Shown here piece by piece: positions 56,306-64,000 of a stretch of DNA of 64,000 bases. Position numbers and translations under genes: made by a program. The number at the start of each line of letters is the position of its first letter. Position 1 is the first letter of the stretch. The stretch comes from an uncultured Dehalococcoidia bacterium (GTDB lineage: Bacteria; Chloroflexota; Dehalococcoidia; Lucifugimonadales; UBA826): contig CAZCOH010000005.1 in assembly GCA_964500645.1 (NCBI GenBank), forward strand, positions 5,297-69,296, written 5' to 3'. The notes under the pieces were generated by a model, which worked only from the letters and a program-made list of their open reading frames with translations, had not been told where the DNA came from and did not search any database.

Positions 56306-57229
56306 ATGAGTAGGGCCCTTGCTTACTTCAAAGGGAAAGTAGTTCCAATAGAAGATGCAAACGTGAACGTTATGACACATGCGTTGCATTATGGAACCGC
56401 GGTTTTTGAAGGAATCCGAGGTAACTGGAACCCTTCAGAAGAAAAACTTTTTATTTTTAGAATTCGAGAGCATTACGAAAGATTATTACAAGGATGTCAA
56501 ATGCTGATGCTTGACATCCCTTACACTGCGGATGAACTTTGCGATATTACAATCGATCTAGTGAAGCAATGTGGATACAAGCAGGATCTATACATACGTC
56601 CACTTGCCTATAAGAGTGAGGAATTAGTCGCAAACCTTAAGCTTCAAGAGATATCCAGTGACTTTACTTTGATTATGGTCCCCTTTGGTGAATATCTGGA
56701 AACGGATGGCGCCCTTAAGTGTTGTACATCATCATGGAGGAGAGTGGATGACACCAATGTTCCACCAAGACTTAAAATATCGGGAACTTATGTAAACGGA
56801 ATTTTGGCTAAAACTGAGGCCACATTAGCTGGATTTGATGAGGCCATAATGCTTACACAGGACGGATTTGTCTCCGAGGGATCTGGAGAGAATCTCTTTA
56901 TGATAAATGACGGGGTAATTATTACGCCACCGGTATCAGACAACAATTTGACTGGGATTACTCGTGACTCTGCGATGGAAATCGCAAATAGGGAACTTGG
57001 TATTGAGGTCATAGAAGCCAGAATCAGGAGAAGTGAACTGTATTTTGCTGATGAAGTATTCCTGACTGGCACAGCGGCACACATACAAGGTGTTGGAACA
57101 TTGGACAACAGAAAGATTGGTAGTGGGGAAAGCGGTCCTATCACCAGCAAAATAAACGAAATTTATCAAATGGCGATTCGAGGCCAGAATCCCAATTACA
57201 TAGATTGGTGTACCCCAGTCAGCCTATAG
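56306..57229 (+). CDS. ilvE: branched-chain-amino-acid aminotransferase (fold-type IV PLP)
   Basis: 307-aa ORF with HALHYGTAVFEGIR, YIRP, EGSGENLF, GITR and TGTAA. AAGGAG lies upstream. Confidence 0.92.
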   Translation: MSRALAYFKGKVVPIEDANVNVMTHALHYGTAVFEGIRGNWNPSEEKLFIFRIREHYERLLQGCQMLMLDIPYTADELCDITIDLVKQCGYKQDLYIRPLAYKSEELVANLKLQEISSDFTLIMVPFGEYLETDGALKCCTSSWRRVDDTNVPPRLKISGTYVNGILAKTEATLAGFDEAIMLTQDGFVSEGSGENLFMINDGVIITPPVSDNNLTGITRDSAMEIANRELGIEVIEARIRRSELYFADEVFLTGTAAHIQGVGTLDNRKIGSGESGPITSKINEIYQMAIRGQNPNYIDWCTPVSL

Positions 57230-57260
57230 ATTAAAGTCCTCTCCACAAACGGGGTCTGAT

Positions 57261-57665
57261 ATGACTTTTAGTTTCGCTTTAGACTATTTCATATGCGTAT
57301 TCATATGTTGTAATGCTGTTCTCCAGTTAGCTGCGCACAGAGCCGATCTTTCTATGCTGAAAATAATCAGGAATAGGAGGCTAAATTATTTGATGTCCAC
57401 TGGGTTAATTTTTTTCTCAGTGTGTCTCTTCTTTACTACGGACAATCGAATCATAAATGATTTTGAAGGTGGTCTTGACGCAAACCAACAAGCTGTCATA
57501 TTTTTTCTATCTGCATTATCTTCTTTTTTTATCACAGGTTTGACAGCCTCAGCTATAAATTCCGCTAAACACAAAAATTCCACACAAAATATAGGAGGCC
57601 TGGCGTCCTACCGTAATTACAAATTAATTGAATTATTAAATACGAAATGGATCAATTCAAGATAA
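57261..57665 (+). CDS. hypothetical membrane protein
   Basis: 134-aa ORF with three hydrophobic segments, overlapping the start of the downstream PAP2 gene by 19 nt. I recognise no family. Confidence 0.45.
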   Translation: MTFSFALDYFICVFICCNAVLQLAAHRADLSMLKIIRNRRLNYLMSTGLIFFSVCLFFTTDNRIINDFEGGLDANQQAVIFFLSALSSFFITGLTASAINSAKHKNSTQNIGGLASYRNYKLIELLNTKWINSR

Positions 57666-58240
57666 TAGATAACCGCATCTTTGAAATACTTCACGGACTG
57701 ACAGGACAATCTCCTTCAGTAGATGCTTTGCTTAAATCACTTGCCAGTGACTACCTTGTCCCAGTAGGAATAGGGATGATCCTTTTTTATCTTTGGTTTT
57801 GCAATCGAGCTGTTACGGCTCGAATATCAAGTCAAAAAACAGTGTTGAAATCAATCAGCCACATGGCCTTGTCGAGCTTTTTGGTATTAGTAATTAACCA
57901 ATTTGTATTTGTGGATCGTCCGTTCGTAAATTACGAAATGTCTCCATTGTTTTACCAGCCAACAGATTCTTCCTTTCCATCAAATCCAGCGGCAGGAATT
58001 TTTTCAATAGTCATACAACTCGCCAAAACAAAATCAGCCAAGCTTATAAGTCTTGTAACAATCCTATTTCTAGCGATGTCAATTTGTCGTGTGTGCGTCG
58101 GTGTACATTACCCTTCCGATATTATTGGAGGATGCTTACTCGCGATTATATGTACCCCTATAATTGCATTTTTGGCAAAAAAGACTGATCCTGTCCAAAA
58201 CTTATTCCTAGGAAAATTAAGAACATATAATCTCTCCTAA
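57647..58240 (+). CDS. PAP2-family phosphatase (undecaprenyl-diphosphatase / lipid phosphatase-like)
   Basis: 197-aa membrane ORF with the PAP2 motifs SFPSNPAA and VGVHYPSDIIGG. Confidence 0.8.
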   Translation: MDQFKIIDNRIFEILHGLTGQSPSVDALLKSLASDYLVPVGIGMILFYLWFCNRAVTARISSQKTVLKSISHMALSSFLVLVINQFVFVDRPFVNYEMSPLFYQPTDSSFPSNPAAGIFSIVIQLAKTKSAKLISLVTILFLAMSICRVCVGVHYPSDIIGGCLLAIICTPIIAFLAKKTDPVQNLFLGKLRTYNLS

Positions 58241-59742
58241 AAGTTCTGGACGATTAAAGTAATCGAAAAAGTCGCCAGACCTAAATAAATGAGGAAACCC
58301 ACAACGTCGGTAACGGTCGTGACAACGACTGCTGAGGCAAGAGCTGGATCAATTTTCATCGCCTTGAGACAAAGTGGAAGAACAACCCCACTAACACCTG
58401 CTATAACTAAATTCCCCAACATTGCCAATCCCACAACCAATGCCAAATATTCGTTACCATGCCAGAAAAATGCTACGACACCTGCAAGTAAGCCTAATAA
58501 CAATCCATGGACCAGACCTAACGTGAATTCTTTCAATAATAACTGTTTAGTATTTGCCCCGCTAATCTCGCCAAGAGCCATAGAGCGGACCACCAGGGTG
58601 AGCGTTTGCGTCCCTACTATTCCCCCCTGCCCTGCAATAACAGGTAGAAAAACCGCCAGTGTAACAACTTGGGCCAAGGTAGATTGAAAAAGAGTAATAA
58701 CTAATGCTGCTACCCCGGCGGTTGCCAAATTCACACAAAGCCAAGGAAGGCGTCCCCTGACCGATTGCCAAAAAGGGCCCAGGATTTTCTCCTCATCACT
58801 CACCCCTACCATTCTGTACATATCCTCAGTCGCCTCTTCCTGTAGAACGAATATCATGTCCTCAATTTTGACTATTCCAGCCAAGGTACCATCGGGCTCA
58901 GTGACGGGAAGAGTCAGTAAGTTATATCTCTCCATTATTCGAGCACACTCTTCCTGATCAGTGTCGGTAGAAACAGATATAACATTCGGAAACATGACAT
59001 TGGAAATTGTTTCAGAGGGCTCTGCAGTGACCAATCTAGATAAATTCAGCCCGCCCTTTAGTACATTTCCGGTGTCTACAACAAAAATATAAGAAACTTC
59101 CTCCGTCTCTGAAGCTTTTGAAACTTCCCGTACGATCGTCATAGCCTCAGAAACTTTCATTGACTCCAGAAGTGACAAAAATTCCGGAGACATAAGACCA
59201 CCCGCATCATCATCTTCGTAGTCGACAAGTGAGGCTACTTCCTCAGCGTCCTTCATAGAGAAAATAATCTCTTCCCTTTGATCAGAAGGAAGTTCACGTA
59301 AAATATCTGCGGCTTTCTCAGGTCTGGTTTCATCTAGCAATTGAGCAAGATGATAGAGTTCTATATCCTCCGAAATTTTCACTACATCATTTGGGGGAAG
59401 TTCCTCAACAACAAGTCCAATATTTCGCGGTGAAAGATGAGAAAGTAATTCGACTTGATATTCTCGATCCAGCCTGCCCATAACGTCTACTTGGTCTGGG
59501 GGAAGTAGCGAAGCAAAACTCTCCATGGCGTCCTTGTACGAATCCTCTCTAATGAAGTCGGCTATTTTTAAAGCCACATCCTCTACTTCATCAGGAGTTC
59601 CAAGTATTCGAGCCTGACCATTTTCTTTTGAAATTACCATCAGGATAGAAACCTGTTCCTCTTTTTCGAAATGAATCTCAATAAAACCCTTTATAAGTGC
59701 GCCGAAAAAGATTACTTGGGTTTCCCAGGTAAATAAAAGCAA
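58237..59742 (-). CDS. mgtE: magnesium transporter MgtE
   Basis: An N-domain, tandem CBS region and a C-terminal TM domain with GQGGIVGTQT and VTDVVGFLIYLGLA. The track start is TTG at 59742. The ATG at 59640 would give a more typical length. Confidence 0.9.
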   Translation of the reverse strand: MLLFTWETQVIFFGALIKGFIEIHFEKEEQVSILMVISKENGQARILGTPDEVEDVALKIADFIREDSYKDAMESFASLLPPDQVDVMGRLDREYQVELLSHLSPRNIGLVVEELPPNDVVKISEDIELYHLAQLLDETRPEKAADILRELPSDQREEIIFSMKDAEEVASLVDYEDDDAGGLMSPEFLSLLESMKVSEAMTIVREVSKASETEEVSYIFVVDTGNVLKGGLNLSRLVTAEPSETISNVMFPNVISVSTDTDQEECARIMERYNLLTLPVTEPDGTLAGIVKIEDMIFVLQEEATEDMYRMVGVSDEEKILGPFWQSVRGRLPWLCVNLATAGVAALVITLFQSTLAQVVTLAVFLPVIAGQGGIVGTQTLTLVVRSMALGEISGANTKQLLLKEFTLGLVHGLLLGLLAGVVAFFWHGNEYLALVVGLAMLGNLVIAGVSGVVLPLCLKAMKIDPALASAVVVTTVTDVVGFLIYLGLATFSITLIVQNF

Positions 59743-59799
59743 AAAAGAGACCTAAATTTGGGAAAACTTTCAAATCAACGAACAGAATGCCCCAGAAAA

Positions 59800-60483
59800 T
59801 TAAACCGATTTTAAATCTCCAACATTTAAGCCCTCAGCGGGATAAAAATTGCCTGCCTTTAATTCAGATATTAAAGACTCTTGATCTGTTATCTGGTTCT
59901 CAAAAACAGTGAGACTTTTCCCAATACCCTGAACAGAATGAGAATCGCTACCTCCAGTACCATTAATACCAAGGTATTTAGCAATGTCACTTGTGAAACG
60001 ATTCTCTTTTTCGCTATTAGCCCCATTAGTAACTTCAATGAGGTCAACAAATGAAAATAGATCGTGTTTACAGGCCTCTTCCACATTTTTAGGTGGAGAG
60101 GACCACTCTCGATACAACAAATTAACATTAAAGGGGGGTGTATTAAAAAAGTTCCGGAGGGGGTGAGCGGATATCAACATACCTCCAGCTTCATCCACAA
60201 CCTCCCGTAGAACATCAATTTTGTGAATTCCCGGCGCATGTGACCTAAGCCCAATAGCAATGACGTGGCCCATGTTGGTGGTCACCTCTAAAGCAGGAAT
60301 CACCGTAAGATTTGATTCTCCAAACTCTTGTTCTATCAAATCGAGGTTCCAACCACCACCGTGTTCCGCAAGACAAACACCATTCAAACCAATCCGCTCT
60401 GCTTCACCAATCAACTGACTGGGAGACAGGCTACTGTCACTACTTCCTCTAACTGTATGAACATGTAAATCAAACGTGAACAA
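59800..60483 (-). CDS. PHP-domain metal-dependent phosphoesterase
   Basis: 227-aa ORF starting FDLHVHTVRGSSDS, followed by AEHG, SAHP and GGSDSH (PHP histidine motifs). Confidence 0.8.
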   Translation of the reverse strand: MFTFDLHVHTVRGSSDSSLSPSQLIGEAERIGLNGVCLAEHGGGWNLDLIEQEFGESNLTVIPALEVTTNMGHVIAIGLRSHAPGIHKIDVLREVVDEAGGMLISAHPLRNFFNTPPFNVNLLYREWSSPPKNVEEACKHDLFSFVDLIEVTNGANSEKENRFTSDIAKYLGINGTGGSDSHSVQGIGKSLTVFENQITDQESLISELKAGNFYPAEGLNVGDLKSV

Positions 60484-60541
60484 TTTTAATCCCCAAACAA
60501 ATAGATAATTCTATTTGTGAAAAGTTGGGGCGTCAAAGTCT

Positions 60542-60955
60542 TCAAACAGCCAAGTAAGGAATTAACCAGCCGAAAGACAATACAAAGCTCAACATTGCAC
60601 CAATAATCAGCGAGCGTATCCCTCGAGATAAAAATATTAGAGGGGTGAACAGTATTATGGATAATATAAGTACCATAATGGAATAAAAAACATTCGGGCT
60701 TAGTAATCCAGTCCCAGGATTAGTTTTTTCAAGGATTGCAAAAATATAAGAGAACATAACTCCTAATCCAACAGCTGTTGGATTAATCAGAATAATAAAA
60801 GGAAATATGATTTTTGACGGGGTTTGGTTGTTTAAAAGATTAGTAACAAAAAGTGAACCACTCTTATAGAGCATAAAAAGAGACAAACAAAACCAGGTAA
60901 TCAATACTGAAGCCAGCAAAAGCCCAACTGCTGCACCGGCGATAAGATAATTCAC
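60542..60955 (-). CDS. hypothetical integral membrane protein
   Basis: 137-aa ORF with four hydrophobic helices. Its start overlaps the ispE stop by 4 nt. Confidence 0.5.
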   Translation of the reverse strand: MNYLIAGAAVGLLLASVLITWFCLSLFMLYKSGSLFVTNLLNNQTPSKIIFPFIILINPTAVGLGVMFSYIFAILEKTNPGTGLLSPNVFYSIMVLILSIILFTPLIFLSRGIRSLIIGAMLSFVLSFGWLIPYLAV

Positions 60956-61824
60956 TTAATAGTCGAACCTGAATCACATGACTGGGTTACAAAGGATGTG
61001 ATTCCATATTTGTGTTCCAGCAAAATCTTTAAAATACCGGCCGTCTTTAGATCCTTTACTGGGGTAAATAACCCCGGACCGCTCCCAGACAAAAACACTT
61101 CTTTAGCCCCGCAAGCCTTAATGGCTTCTACAACCTCACTGAGCTGAGGATTATTACTAATTGCAACCTCCTGAAAGACATTGAATAAAAGCTGAGTTGG
61201 GACGTCCCCTCCCTGCCTTATTCTCGCCTCTAACTTTCTAGAAAGTCCACCTTTTGTGAAATCAAGAGAAGTTAATAGTGAATACATATTAGAAGTCTTA
61301 TTTTCGATCTCTATACCTGGTGAAACTAACAAAAAAACAGCCTCTTGAGGTGGTGCAAGAACTCTCACAATCTCTCCTCGTCCACTTACAAAAGCCGTCC
61401 CTCCTTCAATAAAAAAGGGAACGTCCGAGCCAATTTGTGAACCAAGCTCCCTCAGGGAATCATTGCTTAGGTTCAAATCCCAAAGACGATTAAGTAACAC
61501 TAGGACAGCCGCGGCGTCACTGCTTCCCCCACCAAATCCCGATGATATTGGTATCCCCTTTACAATCTTGATCGAAGCCCCATCCATATTTCCTCCAACG
61601 TTTTGTATAAGTCGGGCGGCATGAAAAGCAAGATTTGCTTCACCTTGAATATTTGGGGAGTCACATGAAAGCCTCAGGTCATTTGACTTCGATACCTCTA
61701 TCTCATCTTTTATGTCAACGGACCTAATAACACTCCTCACTTCATGGTACCCGTCATCCCTTTTAGCTAGTACCTCAAGACAAAGATTTATTTTTCCAAA
61801 TGCATGAGCTTTGAGTTTGTTCAT
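60952..61824 (-). CDS. ispE: 4-diphosphocytidyl-2-C-methyl-D-erythritol kinase
   Basis: 290-aa ORF with AFGKINLCLEV and the GHMP kinase motif PISSGFGGGSSDAAAVL. Confidence 0.9.
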   Translation of the reverse strand: MNKLKAHAFGKINLCLEVLAKRDDGYHEVRSVIRSVDIKDEIEVSKSNDLRLSCDSPNIQGEANLAFHAARLIQNVGGNMDGASIKIVKGIPISSGFGGGSSDAAAVLVLLNRLWDLNLSNDSLRELGSQIGSDVPFFIEGGTAFVSGRGEIVRVLAPPQEAVFLLVSPGIEIENKTSNMYSLLTSLDFTKGGLSRKLEARIRQGGDVPTQLLFNVFQEVAISNNPQLSEVVEAIKACGAKEVFLSGSGPGLFTPVKDLKTAGILKILLEHKYGITSFVTQSCDSGSTIK

Positions 61825-61844
61825 ATTGTTATTATCGGTTTGAG

Positions 61845-62669
61845 CTAAGCAACAGATGAGTTTTTACGCGTCGAAACAAGATCAAACAATTTTATCCATT
61901 CTAAAACCGAAATCGTTTCGGGTCTCCTGGCCGAATCTATATTTGAATCGGTTAACATTTTATTGACTTGGGAAGGCGCAAGTTTCAATCCATGAGCTAA
62001 TGAATTACGTATTTGTTTCCTGGGAGATGAAAATCCAGAAATAATAAATTGAAAATAGCTCTCTGCTTCGTCTGAACTAATCAATGGCCTTTCAAGTCTG
62101 GCTAAAAGAATCACAGAAGACATCACCTTTGGCGGAGGCCTAAAGGATGACGGCTTAACAGTAAACAGGGGACTCGGTTCGACAAAAGCTCCTAGAAACG
62201 CACCCAGAATACCCAGTTTACCTGATGGACTTATGATGTTTTCAGCTACTTCCTTTTGCAACATAACAACTGACAATCTAGGCGGACATGATCCAGACAA
62301 AAATTTCCTGAGAATTCTTCCTCCCACGTTGTAAGGTAGGTTAGAAATAAGCTTGTAATCTTCGTCACTGCCGAAAATAGTAGATGGGTCTAATTCAAGA
62401 ACATCTTTGTTAATAATCTCAAATTTTCGAGCAGCACAAATTTCCGATAATGGTCCTGTTACTAGATCCGTATCAATCTCAACTGCTATCAGGTTTACGT
62501 CTTTATCGGCCAACATAGACGTCATGTGACCTCTTCCTGGACCAATTTCTAGAACATTCTCCCCTTCGACCAGATTTGCACGGTCTATTATTTTTCTTAT
62601 AACCCTTTTGTCATAAAGAAAATGCTGACCTAGCCGTTTCTTTGGGCCTGGGTAAGAAGTCCTTTCCAT
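61845..62669 (-). CDS. rsmA: 16S rRNA (adenine1518/1519-N6)-dimethyltransferase
   Basis: 274-aa ORF with LGQHFL, VLEIGPGRGHMT, SNLPYNV and MLQKEVA. Confidence 0.93.
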   Translation of the reverse strand: MERTSYPGPKKRLGQHFLYDKRVIRKIIDRANLVEGENVLEIGPGRGHMTSMLADKDVNLIAVEIDTDLVTGPLSEICAARKFEIINKDVLELDPSTIFGSDEDYKLISNLPYNVGGRILRKFLSGSCPPRLSVVMLQKEVAENIISPSGKLGILGAFLGAFVEPSPLFTVKPSSFRPPPKVMSSVILLARLERPLISSDEAESYFQFIISGFSSPRKQIRNSLAHGLKLAPSQVNKMLTDSNIDSARRPETISVLEWIKLFDLVSTRKNSSVA

Positions 62670-62731
62670 ATATTATTCTCGATTCCCTATAATGCTTACT
62701 CAAAGGTATCGACTGAATTTAAAGACCATTA

Positions 62732-63003
62732 CGGACCGTGCACCTATCTTCGAACTGATGGGGCAACATGAACGACGACCAAAGCTCGAACCAGGTTACC
62801 CTACGGCACCCGAAAGGCACTGCTTACCGCTGCTTTCTTCCGAACCTGACGGGGTTCACAGACTTTCGCCGCGTAGGACCCAGCTCTCAACGCTAAGAAT
62901 CACCGCTAGAGGTTGAACCAAACAGGCCTCTGGTCGGAATTAAGCCTCGCTAGAGCGGATTGCGAGTTCAGGGCACCGCTACCTCCCCGCCTAGCACGAT
63001 CCG
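62732..63003 (-). ncRNA. ffs: signal recognition particle RNA, long (Bacillus-type, Alu-domain-containing) form
   Basis: The minus strand reads GTGCTAGGCGGGGAGGTAGCGGTGCCCTGAACTCGCAATCCGCTCTAGC (Alu-domain 5' region as I recall it from B. subtilis scRNA). It also reads GTCAGGTTCGGAAGAAAGCAGCGG (domain IV GGAA tetraloop / AGCA motif). The termini CGGATCGTGC / GCACGGTCCG pair over 10 bp. Confidence 0.85.
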
Positions 63004-63064
63004 AATTCATGTTAGGGCAGAGGTTAAATGGTGTCAACGAAATGACAAAGCAAAACTTTAATCC

Positions 63065-63146
63065 TGGGGAAGGAGGGACTCGAACCCACACGCCTTGCGG
63101 CACATGATCCTAAATCATGCTCGTCTACCAATTCCGACACTTCCCC
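63065..63146 (-). tRNA. tRNA-Leu (anticodon UAG), long variable arm, no encoded CCA
   Basis: The reverse complement reads GGGGAAGTGTCGGAATTGGTAGACGAGCATGATTTAGGATCATGTGCCGCAAGGCGTGTGGGTTCGAGTCCCTCCTTCCCCA. The anticodon loop is UUUAGGA, and the T-stem has one U-U mismatch. Confidence 0.86.
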
Positions 63147-63364
63147 AGTCATTCGATTATACACTTCTCAGTCACCCTACTTTTCTTTTATTGCTAGGGC
63201 GAAATATGGGTACGGTAACGACTGGAATAACGTTAATACTAAAAGCAATATAATATATAATAGATTTTCATGAATTATTTTACAGATATTTCCTATCCAT
63301 CATTGAGAAACCTTCAAAACTCTCGACTCTTGGTCGTGATGCCTAACAAAATCAATTAATTCAG

Positions 63365-64000
63365 TTGACCACACTGAAGACACGCCCCAGATGGATGATA
63401 TTTTTTGCCATTGGGTTTGGAATGTGTTTAACCATTCTGGATCAATCCGCCGTTAACATCGCTCTTCCTCAAATAGCATCTCAATTCCAGGCCAAAATCA
63501 CAGAAGTGCAATGGGTTGCCATAGGTTACGGCTTAACTGCTGGTGGATTTATGTTACCGATGGGAAGCCTATCGGACTTATTGGGAAGGCGAAAACTCTA
63601 CGTGACAGGATTTCTTATTTCAGCAGCAGGAGCCCTGGTTTCCGGCCTCGCCCCCAGCCTACTTATTGCCATTATATTTCGATCCCTACAGGGAGTAGGG
63701 GGAGCTATGGTGCAATCAAACGCTCTAGCAATCATGATAACCACATTTTCTGCGGAAAAAAGGGGATTAGTCATAGGTACATTTATGACTATTGTAGGAG
63801 TATCCAGTGTTGTCGGTCCTATCTTAGGGGGACTGATAGTAGACCAATTTAGTTGGCGCCTACTCCTGATTTACCCTTCTCCCCTACTCCTGATAGCCGC
63901 CTTGTTCTCCCTTTATGTGTTACCTGATATAAAACCAAGCACAGAAAACCCGGACAACAAATTAAATAACTTCGACTGGAAAGGGTCGATTATCCTCTGT
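63365..64000 (+). CDS. MFS transporter, DHA2 (EmrB/QacA)-like; 3' end runs off the window
   Basis: It is not in the ORF track because no stop lies in the window. Hand translation gives RPRWMIFFAIGFGMCLTILDQSAVNIALPQI...GSLSDLLGRRKLY...FRSLQGVGGA. The start is uncertain: TTG at 63365 or ATG at 63395. Confidence 0.8.
   Translation, partial: MTTLKTRPRWMIFFAIGFGMCLTILDQSAVNIALPQIASQFQAKITEVQWVAIGYGLTAGGFMLPMGSLSDLLGRRKLYVTGFLISAAGALVSGLAPSLLIAIIFRSLQGVGGAMVQSNALAIMITTFSAEKRGLVIGTFMTIVGVSSVVGPILGGLIVDQFSWRLLLIYPSPLLLIAALFSLYVLPDIKPSTENPDNKLNNFDWKGSIILC

Noticed and set aside
59743-59799. M-box (Mg) riboswitch upstream of mgtE
   Set aside because: The spacer to the upstream PHP gene is only 57 nt, far too short for an M-box aptamer, and no conserved M-box strings were seen.
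62692-63107. Three track ORFs (62692..62916 +, 62906..63103 -, 62913..63107 +) of 64-74 aa
   Set aside because: They lie entirely within the SRP RNA and tRNA-Leu genes. Their sequences are Arg/Pro/Gly-rich, as expected for translated structured RNA.
63511-63852. 113-aa plus-strand track ORF
   Set aside because: It is in a different frame from the MFS transporter reading frame, which shows clear DHA2 motifs and stays open to the window end. The ORF is an overlapping-frame artefact.
1-64000. Scan for CRISPR arrays, tandem repeats, IS elements, integrases near the tRNAs, prophage or toxin-antitoxin and other defence genes, and alternative genetic code
   Set aside because: I found no regularly spaced direct repeats, no transposase, integrase, reverse-transcriptase or nuclease-ATPase defence-like ORFs, and no duplicated tRNA fragments (att sites). 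Long intact ORFs ending in all three stop codons argue for the standard code.

Overview
Dense, mostly intact bacterial chromosomal segment with about 60 protein genes, 2 tRNAs, 1 SRP RNA and 1 riboswitch. I saw no CRISPR array, transposase, integrase, phage genes or recognisable defence system. All function calls come from reading the translated ORFs for family motifs; no database search was run.

Housekeeping genes dominate: leuS, leuB, pheS/pheT, argC, argH, rpe, tsaD, ilvE, ispE, rsmA, moeA, glpK, folB, nth, an ogg-type glycosylase and an exonuclease-DinG fusion.

A catabolic, oxidoreductase-rich stretch runs from about 15.8 to 35.3 kb:
- a YjhG/YagF-type sugar-acid dehydratase
- an NHL/PAL-like beta-propeller
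- an amidase
- an atypical 847-aa transketolase-superfamily protein
- two GMC oxidoreductases flanking a luciferase-like flavin oxidoreductase
- a HI0933-type flavoprotein and a crotonase
- a metal ABC transporter
- an HpcH aldolase and an FMN alpha-hydroxy-acid oxidase

RNA features are a TPP riboswitch in front of thiG-thiE-thiS, tRNA-Glu(UUC), tRNA-Leu(UAG), and a long Bacillus-type SRP RNA. The SRP RNA explains three spurious track ORFs.

The gene content (CofE, LLM and GMC enzymes, long SRP RNA, frequent TTG/GTG starts) resembles what is described for marine Chloroflexota such as SAR202. That is an unverified inference.

I did not find a clear-cut new multi-gene system. The observations most worth follow-up are:
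1. The 847-aa ThDP-type enzyme, with a GEF-for-GDG cofactor motif and a roughly 150-190 aa inter-domain insert.
2. A NUDIX hydrolase gene interrupted by a single in-frame TAA inside the NUDIX box.
3. Tandem fold-type-III PLP enzyme paralogues, the second of which lacks the Schiff-base lysine.
4. A divergent PAL-like lyase / small acidic protein / amidase unit.
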